Part shown: in pieces, positions 13,769 through 25,451 of the stretch | Position numbering within the stretch: position 1 is the first letter of the stretch | Layout: each line of letters starts with the position of its first letter | The notes under the pieces: generated by a model | The model's input: the letters and a program-made list of their open reading frames with translations, nothing else | Databases searched by the model: none | What the model was told of the DNA's origin: nothing | Assembly: GCA_030141605.1 (NCBI GenBank) | Contig: JAQGDQ010000271.1 | Span: 124,001-188,000, forward strand | Source: Tubiluchus corallicola | Taxonomy: Eukaryota > Animalia > Priapulida | DNA: 64,000 nt | Direction of reading: 5' to 3' | Translations under genes and position numbers: made by a program

Positions 13769-13807
13769 CCAAACGTTTCGACTAGCTGCTGCTGTCATCA
13801 TCAGTGG
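13769..13807 (-). ncRNA. Minimal type I hammerhead ribozyme motif
   Basis: Minus strand cca-CTGATGA-t-GACAGC-agca-GCT-a-GTC-GAAA-cg-TT-tgg: both core boxes, a paired stem II, 3-bp stem I and palindromic ACGT stem III. Confidence 0.75.
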
Positions 13808-13859
13808 TAAGTTTACGAACATACAACCAGTTTATACAGGCAGAGCTACAGTATAGAAC

Positions 13860-14252
13860 ATTATGCACTAATTATGTATTTACGAAAGCCAAATAGGTAA
13901 TGATTAAGCAGACCAGTAGAAAAGAAATTGATACAGTAAATTATGCACTAATTTTGTATTTAACAGAAGCTAAATAGGTAGTGATTAGCAGACCAGTAGA
14001 AAAGAAATTGATACAGTAAATTATGCACTAATTTTGTATTTAACAGAAGCCAAATAGGTAATGATTAAGCAGACCAGTAGAAAAGAAATTGATACAGTAA
14101 ATTATGCACTAATTATGTATTTACAAAAAGCCAAATAGGTAATGATTAAGCAGACCAGTAGAAAAGAAATTGATACAGTAAATTATGCACTAATTATGTA
14201 TTTACAAAAAGCCAAATAGGTAATGATTAAGCAGACCAGTAGAAAAGAAATT
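13860..14252. repeat. ~80-bp tandem repeat, about 5 copies, inside the PLE remnant
   Basis: ttatgcactaattatgtattt...gcagaccagtagaaaagaaattgatacagtaaa repeated. Confidence 0.92.
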
Positions 14253-15139
14253 CAAACAGTAACAAATTGTTAAGTGCTTGAAAATAAAGTTAACGGGATT
14301 GAACTGCTTCGTACATTGAGAGAAGGCTTATTAGGGTACATAGATAAACTTTCTTTTATTAAAAAAACCATAGTTATCTGTATCACTGGTCATTTAATCT
14401 TCATTTTTTTCAAGTCAAAAATATGAATAAAGTCGATCAAAACTTAATTCAAAACTTATTCAAAGTTTATATTTTTAGCAAACGTTTCTAATAATAAAAA
14501 TAAAAATTTGCATTAATGGACGTGATTTATCCATCCGTGCAACAAGAGAAAAATGAGCAAAATAGTAATAAGACCTGACACGTGATTACAACAAAAGCTT
14601 TTATTTGTAACAAGTTTGTTGATTACGCAAAAGCAGTGTGAAAGCAGATGGTTTTCCAAGACAATAGGGAAAATTGTTTTTCTAAGATAGAGATTCGCGC
14701 AGCCATTAAGGTGTCAGACTTATCTGTAGGTGTCTTTGCACTTAAGCAAACGAACTAAAGCCATTTCTGATAACCTAGGAGTAACACGCAAACTGCCATT
14801 GTGTTTCACACACAACATTGAAAGGTTGCTTAATGGATGAAGACAGGTAAGACAATAAAGGTTTCTTTTAGAATAATTTTCTAGTTCGGCTCGATGTGTG
14901 ATAATTATCACGTAACTCCCACGTGTGCAATTAGACTGACTGTCATCGTTTTATCATCCTGCTCTGCTATAAAACAAGATAAAATAACAAGACGGAGTGC
15001 AAGTTTTGCCACATCATCAAGTTAGAGAAACATTGTGACAACAAATCTTGTCAGTGGATAATATATGATGTGATAACTTTAGTGATCACTTAATTTGTGC
15101 TAAATTGCCACGGAACTTACATTTTTGCTCACCGCAGAA

Positions 15140-16249
15140 ATGGAATTCAAACTTGCTATTGCTAGAAACGAAAGTTTTGAAACTGCTTATAGTATAGAGA
15201 TAAATCAGACTGAAGCGACACCTAATGACACAAACTTTGAAGCAAAATCACCTAATCGGCTTATGGCAAATGGAGAAATTATAATAATAGTGCCCATAGG
15301 TCTGCTGACCGTATTTCTCAATCTGTTAGTCATCGTTGCCATTGCAAAATTCAAGAAACTGCAGACATTTACTAATAAATTTCTTGCTTGCCTGGCCATG
15401 ACAGATCTGATCAGTGGATTTCTAGCACCAGTGGTCACTTTAGCCCTCATGGTTCGACCAAATATGGACGCCGGATTCTGCTCGTTTTTTGCATTTTTTG
15501 GTATGTTCTGCGTCATGGTCACATTAGGAAACTTGATGTTAGTCACCTATGACAGACATCTGGCTATGACAAAACCAATCCAATACAAACAGCTGATGAC
15601 GTCGAATAAATTTTACAAACTAATTCTCATCTGCATCGGCTACTCGGCGCTTTTGTCCATTTTTACAGTCGTACAAATCTTCTCTACTTGGTCTATTGAA
15701 AATCACACAAGTTGCACAATTGATTATGTCGTGTGGCCATGGTTCATCCTCTTTATTGCCGCCCATTATCCAATAGCACTAAGCTATATGATGTTCACCT
15801 ACGTGAAGGTCATTCAGGCAGCTCGAAGCCATGCAGTGAAAAGACGAAACAATGCCAATGTACGGGTTGTCTCTATTGCTCAGTTAAAAGCAACGTGGAT
15901 GACAGCTATCATAATAAGCACATCCATGGCACTGATATGTCCACATATTTTACACATGGTCCTGGTTGGCTTGACACGGGGCAGGTACCAAAGTCTGAAC
16001 GTCATCAGAACGCTGGCACTTACAGCCAACAGTCTGGTGAATCCAATAATTTATGCGCTGCAAAACCAAGAATTTCGCACTGCTTTTAGAAGACTTCTCT
16101 GTCCATGTAGAAGTGGCGCCATCAGTGATGCAGGATCAAGCAGTACCAAGCAACAGGGAGCATCATCGAATGACACCACGCCCAAAAATCCTGGAAAACA
16201 GACGACAACAGTGGCTGTCTCGCCTGCACCTGTGTCAGTTCAAACGTAA
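15140..16249 (+). CDS. Class A (rhodopsin-like) GPCR, intronless CDS, 369 aa, copy 1
   Basis: Seven hydrophobic segments; TM1 N, TM2 LAMTD, TM3 YDRH, TM7 NSLVNPIIY, helix 8 EFRTAFRRLLC; N-terminal N-glycosylation sites. ATG 15140 follows an acceptor-like tttttgctcaccgcag; the ORF track start at 15125 is TTG. Confidence 0.95.
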   Translation: MEFKLAIARNESFETAYSIEINQTEATPNDTNFEAKSPNRLMANGEIIIIVPIGLLTVFLNLLVIVAIAKFKKLQTFTNKFLACLAMTDLISGFLAPVVTLALMVRPNMDAGFCSFFAFFGMFCVMVTLGNLMLVTYDRHLAMTKPIQYKQLMTSNKFYKLILICIGYSALLSIFTVVQIFSTWSIENHTSCTIDYVVWPWFILFIAAHYPIALSYMMFTYVKVIQAARSHAVKRRNNANVRVVSIAQLKATWMTAIIISTSMALICPHILHMVLVGLTRGRYQSLNVIRTLALTANSLVNPIIYALQNQEFRTAFRRLLCPCRSGAISDAGSSSTKQQGASSNDTTPKNPGKQTTTVAVSPAPVSVQT

Positions 16250-17077
16250 ACCACAGTTTTTTTTAAAACATCGAATTTCAAAAACAGAAAGAGAATGACA
16301 GTTCGGAAAGATGCGACTACTACTACGCTTGCTTCAATTCAGCCAGCACAGACATCTTTAAGCGACAGCTTTGACCAAAAAACTAATGACATTATGTAAC
16401 ATTATGTAACATTATGGTAATTCTTTATTCTCCATAATGGCTTAGTGATGCTATTTTTCATGACAGTATTACTATCAGCAAAGTATTGTAGTACTAGGGC
16501 AGAATCTACTATAATGGTAGATTTATAACAGCAATCTAATGCCAGAAATGCGCATCATTCAGAGCCTAAGCACTGAAAAGATTATGGTACCCCCATTTAA
16601 ATTATGTGTAATTCACAATAAAAGTACTACTTAACTGTAAAATGAAACTTTGTTTCGAAAAGAAAAAACCTTACGGTAAGATTTATTTACACTAAAGCAA
16701 GGGCATCAACTTTACATTGTATAAAAAAGTGACATTAGATTAAATTATATTAAATTACATTAGATAAAAATACAGAGGTGACTCTAAATATTATAAAGGG
16801 GCAGTCATTCCGGTATATTTTACTTTTATATAATTATTCAATTTGAAAAAAACTGAGTGGGTCCCATTTCCCCTAAGGCCTTAAGAAAGTGCTTATTTTG
16901 CTTTATGGTTAAGCCAGTTTTGACGTCGTGCAGCAAAGACTAAGAAGAACTCTGTTTAATCACACGAGATGGCAGCACAGAATGTGGACAATGATGCATT
17001 CAGAAGATAAACCGTGTTTACTTTGTTGAAGGCACAAAGAAAGAAGTCAGAAAGAAGCGTTTTGCTGGACAACAATA

Positions 17078-17397
17078 AAACTTTTGATAAACTCGGGCAT
17101 GTGGGCTTGATATTCACATTAAAGCAGTGTGGAGTAAGCGGCCAGCTTCTGTCTTGGCTATTGTTAATGATTTTTGTTTGTTAAATAACCAAAATAGTTT
17201 GTTTTTACATTGTAACTAATAATAGTTAAATATGCGTTTTGATTAGATTAAGTTAACTTACATGTTCTTACCTGTAAGGTGGTGACATCTGGCTTCAATA
17301 TTAGCGACCTAGTTTTAAATACCTGTCATTCAAGTTTCAAAGTGTTCAAAGCTGTGATGACGTGTTGACAACTTTTCTGTGTAACTCATGATTTGAT
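17078..17397 (+). mobile_element. LINE RT stub plus truncated solo LTR (deleted version of 27378-29310)
   Basis: KTFDKLGHVGLIFTLKQCGVSGQLLSW, then gctat|tgttaatg (LTR start 17162). Sequence jumps at about 17397 to the match of 29308. Confidence 0.85.
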
Positions 17398-17574
17398 TAC
17401 ATAACTTTATATTTCGTACTAAACGCTTTCAGTAGTTTCTATCTCATATAAAATGTGTCAGTCTTAAATATTCGTACATAAATATTTTAATTGTCAATTT
17501 ATTGCTAATATCTAATGTAAATTTGTAATGAAACTTGTGTAGGTATAATTCTTACTGTGAATGTTTAGTATATA

Positions 17575-17957
17575 CACTCATATCTCGGTTTGTCGGATAT
17601 CGGAAGAATCTGACAAAATCTTGATCATTCGGACAAAGTCCATTGTTTTGCCAGCTGACCGCTAGATGGTGGGCCGTCACTTTGTTTACATCATTACATC
17701 AGTGTAATCAAGCAGCGTGTAACGACAGCGTGTAATTATGCAGAGTTGTTTGAGTCAACTGCCCACAGTTTTTATATACTTTTGCATACGAACGGTCCGT
17801 ACTAGGCATTTTTGAGACAAATGGGTGATTGATTCTACATTACCGTGAGTTTAATACACGTCGCCTACTGTATTAGCTTAGTATCGATAAATATGGGCAA
17901 TCGGCAAATTCGGACCAACATTTCCCCGCTTTTGTCTGGTAAACCGAGATATAAATG
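17575..17957. mobile_element. Tc1/mariner-pogo-like MITE with TA TSD
   Basis: ta|cactcatatctcggttt ... aaaccgagatataaatg|ta. Duplicate at about 29485-29867. Confidence 0.75.
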
Positions 17958-18179
17958 TATATAGTTGTTTGTGGTGAGGACCCTAAATCATGTTCTTAAA
18001 CTGTCTGATGCTATACTATAATAAAATATGTTTAAATTAAATAGAAAATAGAAAAAAGCTGATGAGAAAACCCGAAAACTTACAAAAGCAACACATAAGA
18101 AAAATAATATATGACAAGTTTCTGAAAATGCAAATTTTAAGTCAGTTTGTATGGGCACTCACAGCATTATAAGAAGACA

Positions 18180-18860
18180 ACTTTTATTAGACAATTTACA
18201 AAATTTAACAAACAAACATGTCTCCAAACGTTTCGACCTGGGCCTGCAATCATCTTCAGTCATATAGATTACACAAACAAACGATCAGTCATGTCGGTAG
18301 AGCCGTCAATACAGAAATTATTCGTTAATAATGTATTTAAGGGAAGCTAAAATGTAATGAATAAATGTACTTGTTACAAGTAGAGAAGAATGAGATACAG
18401 TAAAAGTATATCTAAGAGTTTATAAACAAACTTAAGGGAATTCCACTACATCGCACTATAACAGAAGACTTGTTACATAGATAAACTTTCTTTTATTAAT
18501 GGGCCCCAGTTATTTGTAGCTTTAGCCACAATACTGGAAGCATTAAAGTCAGCTTTGTGACCAGAAACACTTAATGTCATGAGTACAAGATTGAGGAAGC
18601 TCTCTTAGTGTGCAAAGTAGTTCAATTACCTTAACTTTACTCATAAACATTTAGCTATACATCGACCGTATCTTTTTCTTCGCTACAGGTCTGTTTATTA
18701 ATTACATTTTGTAAACAGTGAATAATTTCTGTACTGAAAACTCTGTATATAAAACGTTTTGTTTGATGGTATTTCTGTCACTGAAGATGACTGCAGGCTT
18801 CAGTAGATACGTTTGGAGACATGTTTTTTAACATTCTGTAACTTAAGGTTTTTGTAAATT
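18180..18860. mobile_element. PLE remnant with inverted pLTRs, each with a degenerate hammerhead
   Basis: Minus CTGAAGA-t-gat...gtc-GAAA-cgtttgg (18224-18262) and plus tca-CTGAAGA-t-gactg...cagta-GATA-cgtttgg (18778-18816). Between them, minus GHKADFNASSIVAKATNNWGPLIKESL. Duplicated at about 30090-30760. Confidence 0.7.
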
Positions 18861-19061
18861 TAAAGTGCTTTTTTACTTACAAACTCATAGCTTCATGTAA
18901 ATTTTAAACTTGTGTAGTTTACTAACAATTTGACGCTATTGTATAACATCATCGAGACTCTAAACATATACAATTATTTATACGTATTGTAATTATGTTG
19001 CTGTACATTTTCCGTATGTTTTAATACAATAAAGTATTGTAATATTACGGTACAATAGATA

Positions 19062-19067
19062 TGTGTG

Positions 19068-19119
<52 letters not shown>

Positions 19120-19135
19120 CGTGCGTGTGTTTGTG

Positions 19136-19200
<65 letters not shown>

Positions 19201-19222
19201 GTGTGTGTGCGTGTGTGTGTGT
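19062..19222. repeat. (TG)n microsatellite at the duplication junction
   Basis: Direct observation. Confidence 0.97.
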
Positions 19223-22200
19223 TATGAAGTTATGTTGATGGTGACGTAATGAAGTTCTGGAGCTTTATCAAGCGTTTCGAAGCCAGCGTGGAGAACTATA
19301 CCCAAGATGATACAGCGAGGTACACTAGGTTAGTCCAACTCTGCATTGGTAAAGCTAAAAGAGTTGTTGACAGTTGTAATTACATGGACCCCCGTTTTGC
19401 ATATGGGCATGCTAAACAGCTTTTAACCGAAAGATTCGGCTCGCCATTTGTTGTCACACAGGCCTGGCTTTCCAGAATTGCTGAATTTGAGCCCATAAAG
19501 ATAAATGAGCCGGGAAAGTTACAGGAATTTTCGGATTTGATTGTGGCTTGTGTGGAAACTTTGAAAATAATGAACAACGTTTACGAAATTAGTACTTCAA
19601 TGCAGTTTGCTACAAATAATTAAAAAACTCCCATTCAAGTTCCAGGATAGGTGGAAGGATGTTGTAGCCAGGCTTCTGAAATATGAGCACAGGAATCCGA
19701 CGATATTTGATGTAGTCGAATTCATTAAGGACGCAGCTGACAAAATGAATCATCCTGTTTTTGGCGACATTAACGTTAGCCTGCCTACCAGGAGCCCAAG
19801 AGGTAAACGCGACACCAAAGCCAGGAATTTCGCAAGCTCAGCGCAGGAAACTGAGTCAATTACGAAATGCAACAGTGAACGACAACCCGGAAATACAACC
19901 GGAAGTGGTGGCAAAATGGCTTCTCAACGCCTAGAGATGCCTTGTTTTCTATGTAACTCTACGGAACACCGTTCACTCAGGCTATGCAATAAATTTAAGT
20001 CAATGAATGATTCTGATAGATTGAAAATCGCCAGAAGAGAAGGTCTTTGCTTCAATTGTTTGATTAAAGGAAAGCACAGGGCTTCTCGGTGCTTCAAAGC
20101 AGGATGCGACGTAGAAGGATGCAGACGTAAGCATTCAAATTTACTGCATGCTGCCTTGGAGAAAATGTCACCTTCTAAAAACAATGATGAAAGCAAGGAG
20201 AAAAAAGCGCCAACACATTGCAAACCAGAGGCTTCTAGCAGTTGTGCTAGTATTAAAGAAGGCGGCAAAGCTGCTCTCCCTGTTGTGTCAGTTTTGGTTG
20301 AAGTTGATGGGAAGATGCCCGTGCATACTTTAGCCCTACTTGACCCTAGCTCGACTAACACTTTTTGTACAAAGGCATTGTTCGACAAACTTGGGGCTAC
20401 TGGACAAAAAGGAACGCTCTCTTTAACCACTATAGAAGAGAAATATTCCAAGATAAACACTTTAATCACGAAGATGTCTGTTATTGGGGTAAACACTGGC
20501 AATAAAATAACTTTGCCTTATGTCTTCGTTAGGCCTGCATTGTTACTGGAAAAGGACTGCTTGGCCTTTAGCAAGGATGTAGAACAATGGCCGCATTTGC
20601 AAGGAATTCCCCTATCGTTCAAAGATACAGAAGACCTAACTGAACTGGGACTTTTGATCGGTCAGGATGTTCCTGATGCACTGATTCCTCTGGAGGTACG
20701 ATCAGGTCCTAGACTAACGCCATATGCTGTGAAGACGAAGCTAGGCTGGACCCTTAATGGAGCCATAGGAGGCGGCGTTCCTAATTTAGGGCGCATTTGT
20801 AGTAATTTGACCCAAGCCAATGCATTGTCACATGGAGAAACCAATTCCTTGCAGCAGCAAATAGAGCAATTCTGGAAAATTGAAACTAGCGAGACGGACA
20901 GACAATTCTCTAGAGACGATATGCGTGCTCTCGATATATGGGAGGCTTCAATCACAAAAACACATGGGCATTACCAGTTGGACATCCCATTTAAATCTGA
21001 GAATGATGTTTTACTAGATACGCTACAAATGGCTTCATCTAGATTGGAAAGTCTACGTAAACGGCTGCAGAGGAACCCAGAATTGCACAACCGATACACT
21101 ATAGCTATGAATGACCTATTCAAGAAAGGATATGCAGAAGAGGTCGATGAAAATGATGACCCTACTTCCAGGAAATGGTTTCTTCCCCATTTTCCGGTGT
21201 TTAATGCCAATAAACCGGAGAAAACTCGCATCGTCTTTGATGCAGCAGCGGAAGCAAATGAAATATCTCTAAATAAATTAGCATTGCAAGGGCCAGATCT
21301 CACAAACACGTGCATTGGAGTTTTGCTTCGGTTTCGAGAGAATCCTATTGCAGTAATGGCGGATATCCGGGAGATGTTCCACCAGGTGATCGTGTCTCCA
21401 AAACACAGAAATATGTCGCGTTTCCTTTGGTGGAAAGATGGTAATCTTAACAGTCAACCATGTACTTTTAGAATGTGTGTATACTTGTTTGGCGGGGTGT
21501 GGTTCCCGAGCGTTGCATCATTTGCTTTGCAAAGGACTGCAAAAGACAATGCGGATTTGTTTCCCGCAAATGTTGTCGCTACCATTTTGAGAAACTTCTA
21601 TGTGGACGACCTTTTAAAATCGCTAAACACCGTGAGTGAAGCCATACAGCTAGTTTCTCAACTGACTGCCTTATTGTCTCTTGGTGGATTCCACATAACT
21701 AAGTGGATGAGCAACAGACGTGAGGTCTTGGCATCTGTGCCTGCTGAAGAACGTGGAAGTGAAGTCAAGAATCTTGACTTAACTCAGAGCCCTCTGCCAA
21801 CTGATCGCGTACTGGGAGTTAAATGGCTAGTTGAGGAAGATTGCCTTGGAATTTTGGTTTCACTCAAAGACAAGCCCAGTACAAAACGAGGAATGTTAAG
21901 CTGCATTTCGTCAGTCTATGACCCATTAGGAATGATCTGTCCATTCGTTCTGCAGGCCAAAAAACTCTTCCAAGATGAATGTAGAATTCAGAAAAAGGAT
22001 TGGGATGACGCTCTAGAACGAGATACAGATGCCAAGTGGGCAAAGTGGAAAGGAGATTGTTTCGCACTAGAAAACTTCAAGTTGGAGTGATGCATGAAGC
22101 CTCGTGATTTTGGCCTGATTTTCCATTTGCAGTTGCATCATTTCTGCGATGCTTCGAGCTATGTTTATGGTACTGTCAGTTATGTACGTATGAAGAGTGC

Positions 22201-24755
22201 TCAAGGTGAAATTCACACAGCATTCCTCATGGCTAAATCAAGACTTGCCCCACTTCAAGGTCTTACAATACCGCGTCTTGAACTCTGCGCTGCAGTTTTA
22301 GCCTCAAAAGTTGATCAAATGCTAAGGGAAGAGCTATCCTTTCGTGTTGGTACAGATCAGTCGGTCTTCTGGACTGATAGTCAGATAGTTATTCATTACA
22401 TTCGGAACACAGCAAAGCGGTTTCATACATTCGTCCAAAACCGTGTCAACTCAATCTTGCAAGACTCTTCACCAACTCAATGGCGGTTTGTTAGCTCAAC
22501 AGACAACTGCGCTGATGATGCGTCCCGAGGCATGAGCGCTGAAGAATTGCTACTTTCCAATAGATGGAAGTTTGGTCCATCTTTCTTAAGAAAAGATGAA
22601 GCTTCGTGGCCGCAGACTAATTTAGATTCGGATGACATACTAGCTAATGACAAAGAAGTAAAGCGGTCAGCCACTGTGAACGTCGTAGAATGCAAAGGAA
22701 CTTCAAATAATGTCATAGATCAATTGTTGCAGCATTACTCCTCCCTTCACAGGCTAAAAGAGGTTTAGCCTGGTTATTACGAGCCAAAACAATATTGCAC
22801 AGGAAAGCTTCTGGCGGAAGTGATATGGATTGTTCCACAAATCTAACTCTGACTGAATTAAATGAGGCCCAGAATGAGCTGATTAGACACACACAGAAGC
22901 AAAGTTTCAACAAAGAATATAAGACGATGTGTTCCCGTACCAAATCTACATGCCCAGAACGCTCTGTAACCAAATCATCCTGCCTGTATAAGCTCGATCC
23001 CTTTATTGACAAAGAGGGAATTTTGCGTGTCGGCGGTCGCCTGCAAGATGCTCTAGTAGATCATGAAGCTCGTCATCCTGTTATTCTTCCCAAAAATCAT
23101 AGACTCTCTTGGCTTGTCATACAGCACTTCCACGAGACGAATGGACACACAGGAAGAGAACATGTCATGGCTTCAGTCCGTAGAGCATTGTGGATAATTG
23201 GGATGCGAGTCATGGTGCGGAAAGTAATCCATGAATGCAGACAATGTAGGCTGCGTTACTCTCCACCATTGCAACAAAAGATGGCCAACTTGCCTCCTGA
23301 GAGAGTTCAACAAGGCTCCTTCTCTACGGTTGGCGTGGACTGCTTTGGACCAATTGTGGTCAAACGCGGTAGAATCGAGGTGAAGCGTTATGGGGCACTC
23401 TTCACTTGTTTAGCCACACGAAGTATCCACTTGGAGGTAGTCTTCTCGATGTCTACAGATTCCTTCATTAAAGCACTCCATAGATTTTGTAGTAGAAGAG
23501 GCAAACCTAACAGAATTAGGTCCGACTGTGGCACTAATTTTATAGGTGCTAACAAGGTACTTTCCATGGCTATGAAAGAGTGGAATCACAACACCATTCA
23601 GAAAGAATTGCTCCAGGAAAACATCGAGTGGGAGTATAATCCGCCCCGAGCTCCCCACATGGGAGGAATATGGGAAGCAATGGTCAAGATTGTCAAGAAG
23701 CATTTGCTTTCTGTGACAAATGAACAAGCTCTTGATGATGAAGCTCTCAACACTCTATTCTGCATTGTTGAAAATGTTGTGAATAGTAGGCCTTTAACGG
23801 CAACCTCGGACGACCCAAAAGACTGTAGTCCTCTGACACCCAATCACCTGCTGTTGGCGAAGTGTAACTTAACAAATCTGCCTCCTGGAAAGTTTACATC
23901 AGCAGACATCTATCGCCGCAAATGGCGCCAGATCCAATACCTAGCTGATGTCTTTTGGCGACGTTGGCAGACAGAGTACTTGCCGCTTCTCCAGATCCGC
24001 TCAAAATGGAATCGTCAGAAGGAGGATGTCGAAATAGGCGACGTTGTACTGATAATGGATGAAACCCCCAGAAGTTGTTGGCTTCTTGCTCGAATAACGG
24101 AAAAAACATGTTGGAAGAGACGGCCTAGTGAGAAGCGTAACACTAAAAACAAAGGATGGGCAGCTGCAGCGCCCCATTCACAGATTATGCTTGATTGAAA
24201 GCGCACTTGATGAGTTTAAAGGAGAAGCACTGTAAAAATTAGATTGCACAGTTCATAAAGATTTTTGCTCAGTTAAACTCTTTGTAGTAAATAGTAAATG
24301 TCTAACATACATTTAAGGAGGCGGTGTCAAGGATTTTTGTTTGTCAAATTTAGTATAGCCATAAGTTACAAGTGGCGACACCTGGCCTCAATAGTCGCTT
24401 GCTAGTGAATTTCCGGTCATTTAAGTTTCAAGGTGTACATGTGGTGACGTGTTCTGTGAACTCATGATTTAATGCCAACGATGTACGTAAATTTTATTTA
24501 GTCCTTTATTTTATTTACTGTAAGCTTCTCATTAATTTAATCATAATCGATGTTTTGGTAGAAATGAATTAGTTTATTAAAGAAATTTATATCTTATTTC
24601 AGATAAAATGTAATATTTTGGGTTATGGCGTCACGGTGTCAAATATGATGAAGAAAATGACTAAGGAGCATGTGACAGGAAAATGGTACAAACAATAAAC
24701 AGTTATACTGAGCAAAATGATGACTTTGTTTGTTTGTCTCCGTAAAGCCCAAACA
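19223..24755 (+). mobile_element. BEL/Pao LTR retrotransposon, 5'-truncated and inactivated
   Basis: Gag (DGDVMKFWSF), three Cys/His knuckles, protease ALLDPSS, RT (RIVFDA, ADIREMFHQV, NFYVDD), Pao RNase H (LHHFCDAS, TIPRLELCAA, WTDSQ), integrase (GVDCFGP, SDCGTNF, GGIWE, PLTPNHLL, FWRRWQTEYL). Frameshift near 19610, stops at 22088 and 22766, frameshift near 24105. Confidence 0.97.
24325..24755 (+). mobile_element. 3' LTR of the BEL/Pao element (431 bp)
   Basis: Polypurine tract ggaggcgg precedes TGTcaagg; ends cccaaACA; contains aataaa; homologous to the solo LTR at 27463-27993. Confidence 0.88.
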
Positions 24756-25451
24756 CATAGTTACCTGTATCACTGGTCATTTAATCTTGATTTTTTTCAA
24801 GTCAAAAATATGAATAAAATCGATCAAAACTTAATTCAAAACTTATTCAAAGTTAATATTTTTAGCAAACGTTTCTAACAATAAAAATAAAAATTTGCAT
24901 TAATGGACGTGATTTATCCATCCGTGGAACAAGAAAAAAATGAGCAAAATAGTAATAAGACCTGACACGTGATCACAACAAAAGCTTTCATTTGTAACAA
25001 GTTTGTTGATTACCCAAGACAATAAGGATTCGCGCAGCCATTAAGGTGTCAGACTTATCTGTAGGTGTCTTAGCACTTAAGCAAACGAACTAAAGCCATT
25101 TCTGATAACCTAGGAGTTTCACACACAACATCGAAAGGTTGCTTAATGGATGAAGACAGGTAAGACAATAAAGGTTTCTTTTAGAATAATTTTCTAGTTC
25201 GGTGTGTGATAATGATGACGCAACTCCCACGTGTGCAATTAGGCTGACTGACATCGTTTTATCATCCTGCTCTGCTATAAAACAAGATAAAATAACAAGA
25301 CGGAGAACGAGTTTTGCCACATCATCAAGATAGAGAAACATTGTGACAACAAATATTGCAAACCAGTGGATAATATATGATGTGATAACTTTAGTGATCA
25401 CTTAATTTGTGCTAAATTGCCACGGAACTTACATTTTTGCTCACCGCAGAA

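Larger units (their letters stand above)
13700..14430 (-). mobile_element. Penelope-like element (PLE) 3' remnant: GIY-YIG C-terminus plus pLTR
   Basis: Minus translation near 14370-14290 gives LIKESLSMYPNKPSLNVRSSSIPL, matching the PLE endonuclease tail (L-IKE-L-I...KP-LN). A hammerhead motif lies downstream. Confidence 0.75.
14369..19060 (+). repeat. Segmental duplication copy A (paired with 24756-30967)
   Basis: Colinear, near-identical sequence from catagtta(t/c)ctgtatcactgg to aatattacggtacaata. Copy A lacks the ~1.6 kb present at 27699-29307. Confidence 0.95.

Noticed and set aside
15125-15139. TTG start given by the ORF track for GPCR copies 1 and 2
   Set aside because: Eukaryotic gene; the TTG lies in an acceptor-like pyrimidine tract, so ATG 15140 / 25452 is preferred.
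19249-24198. Active retrotransposon with programmed frameshift or readthrough
   Set aside because: Two in-frame stops, two frameshifts and no 5' LTR or primer-binding site fit decay; BEL/Pao elements normally have one gag-pol ORF.
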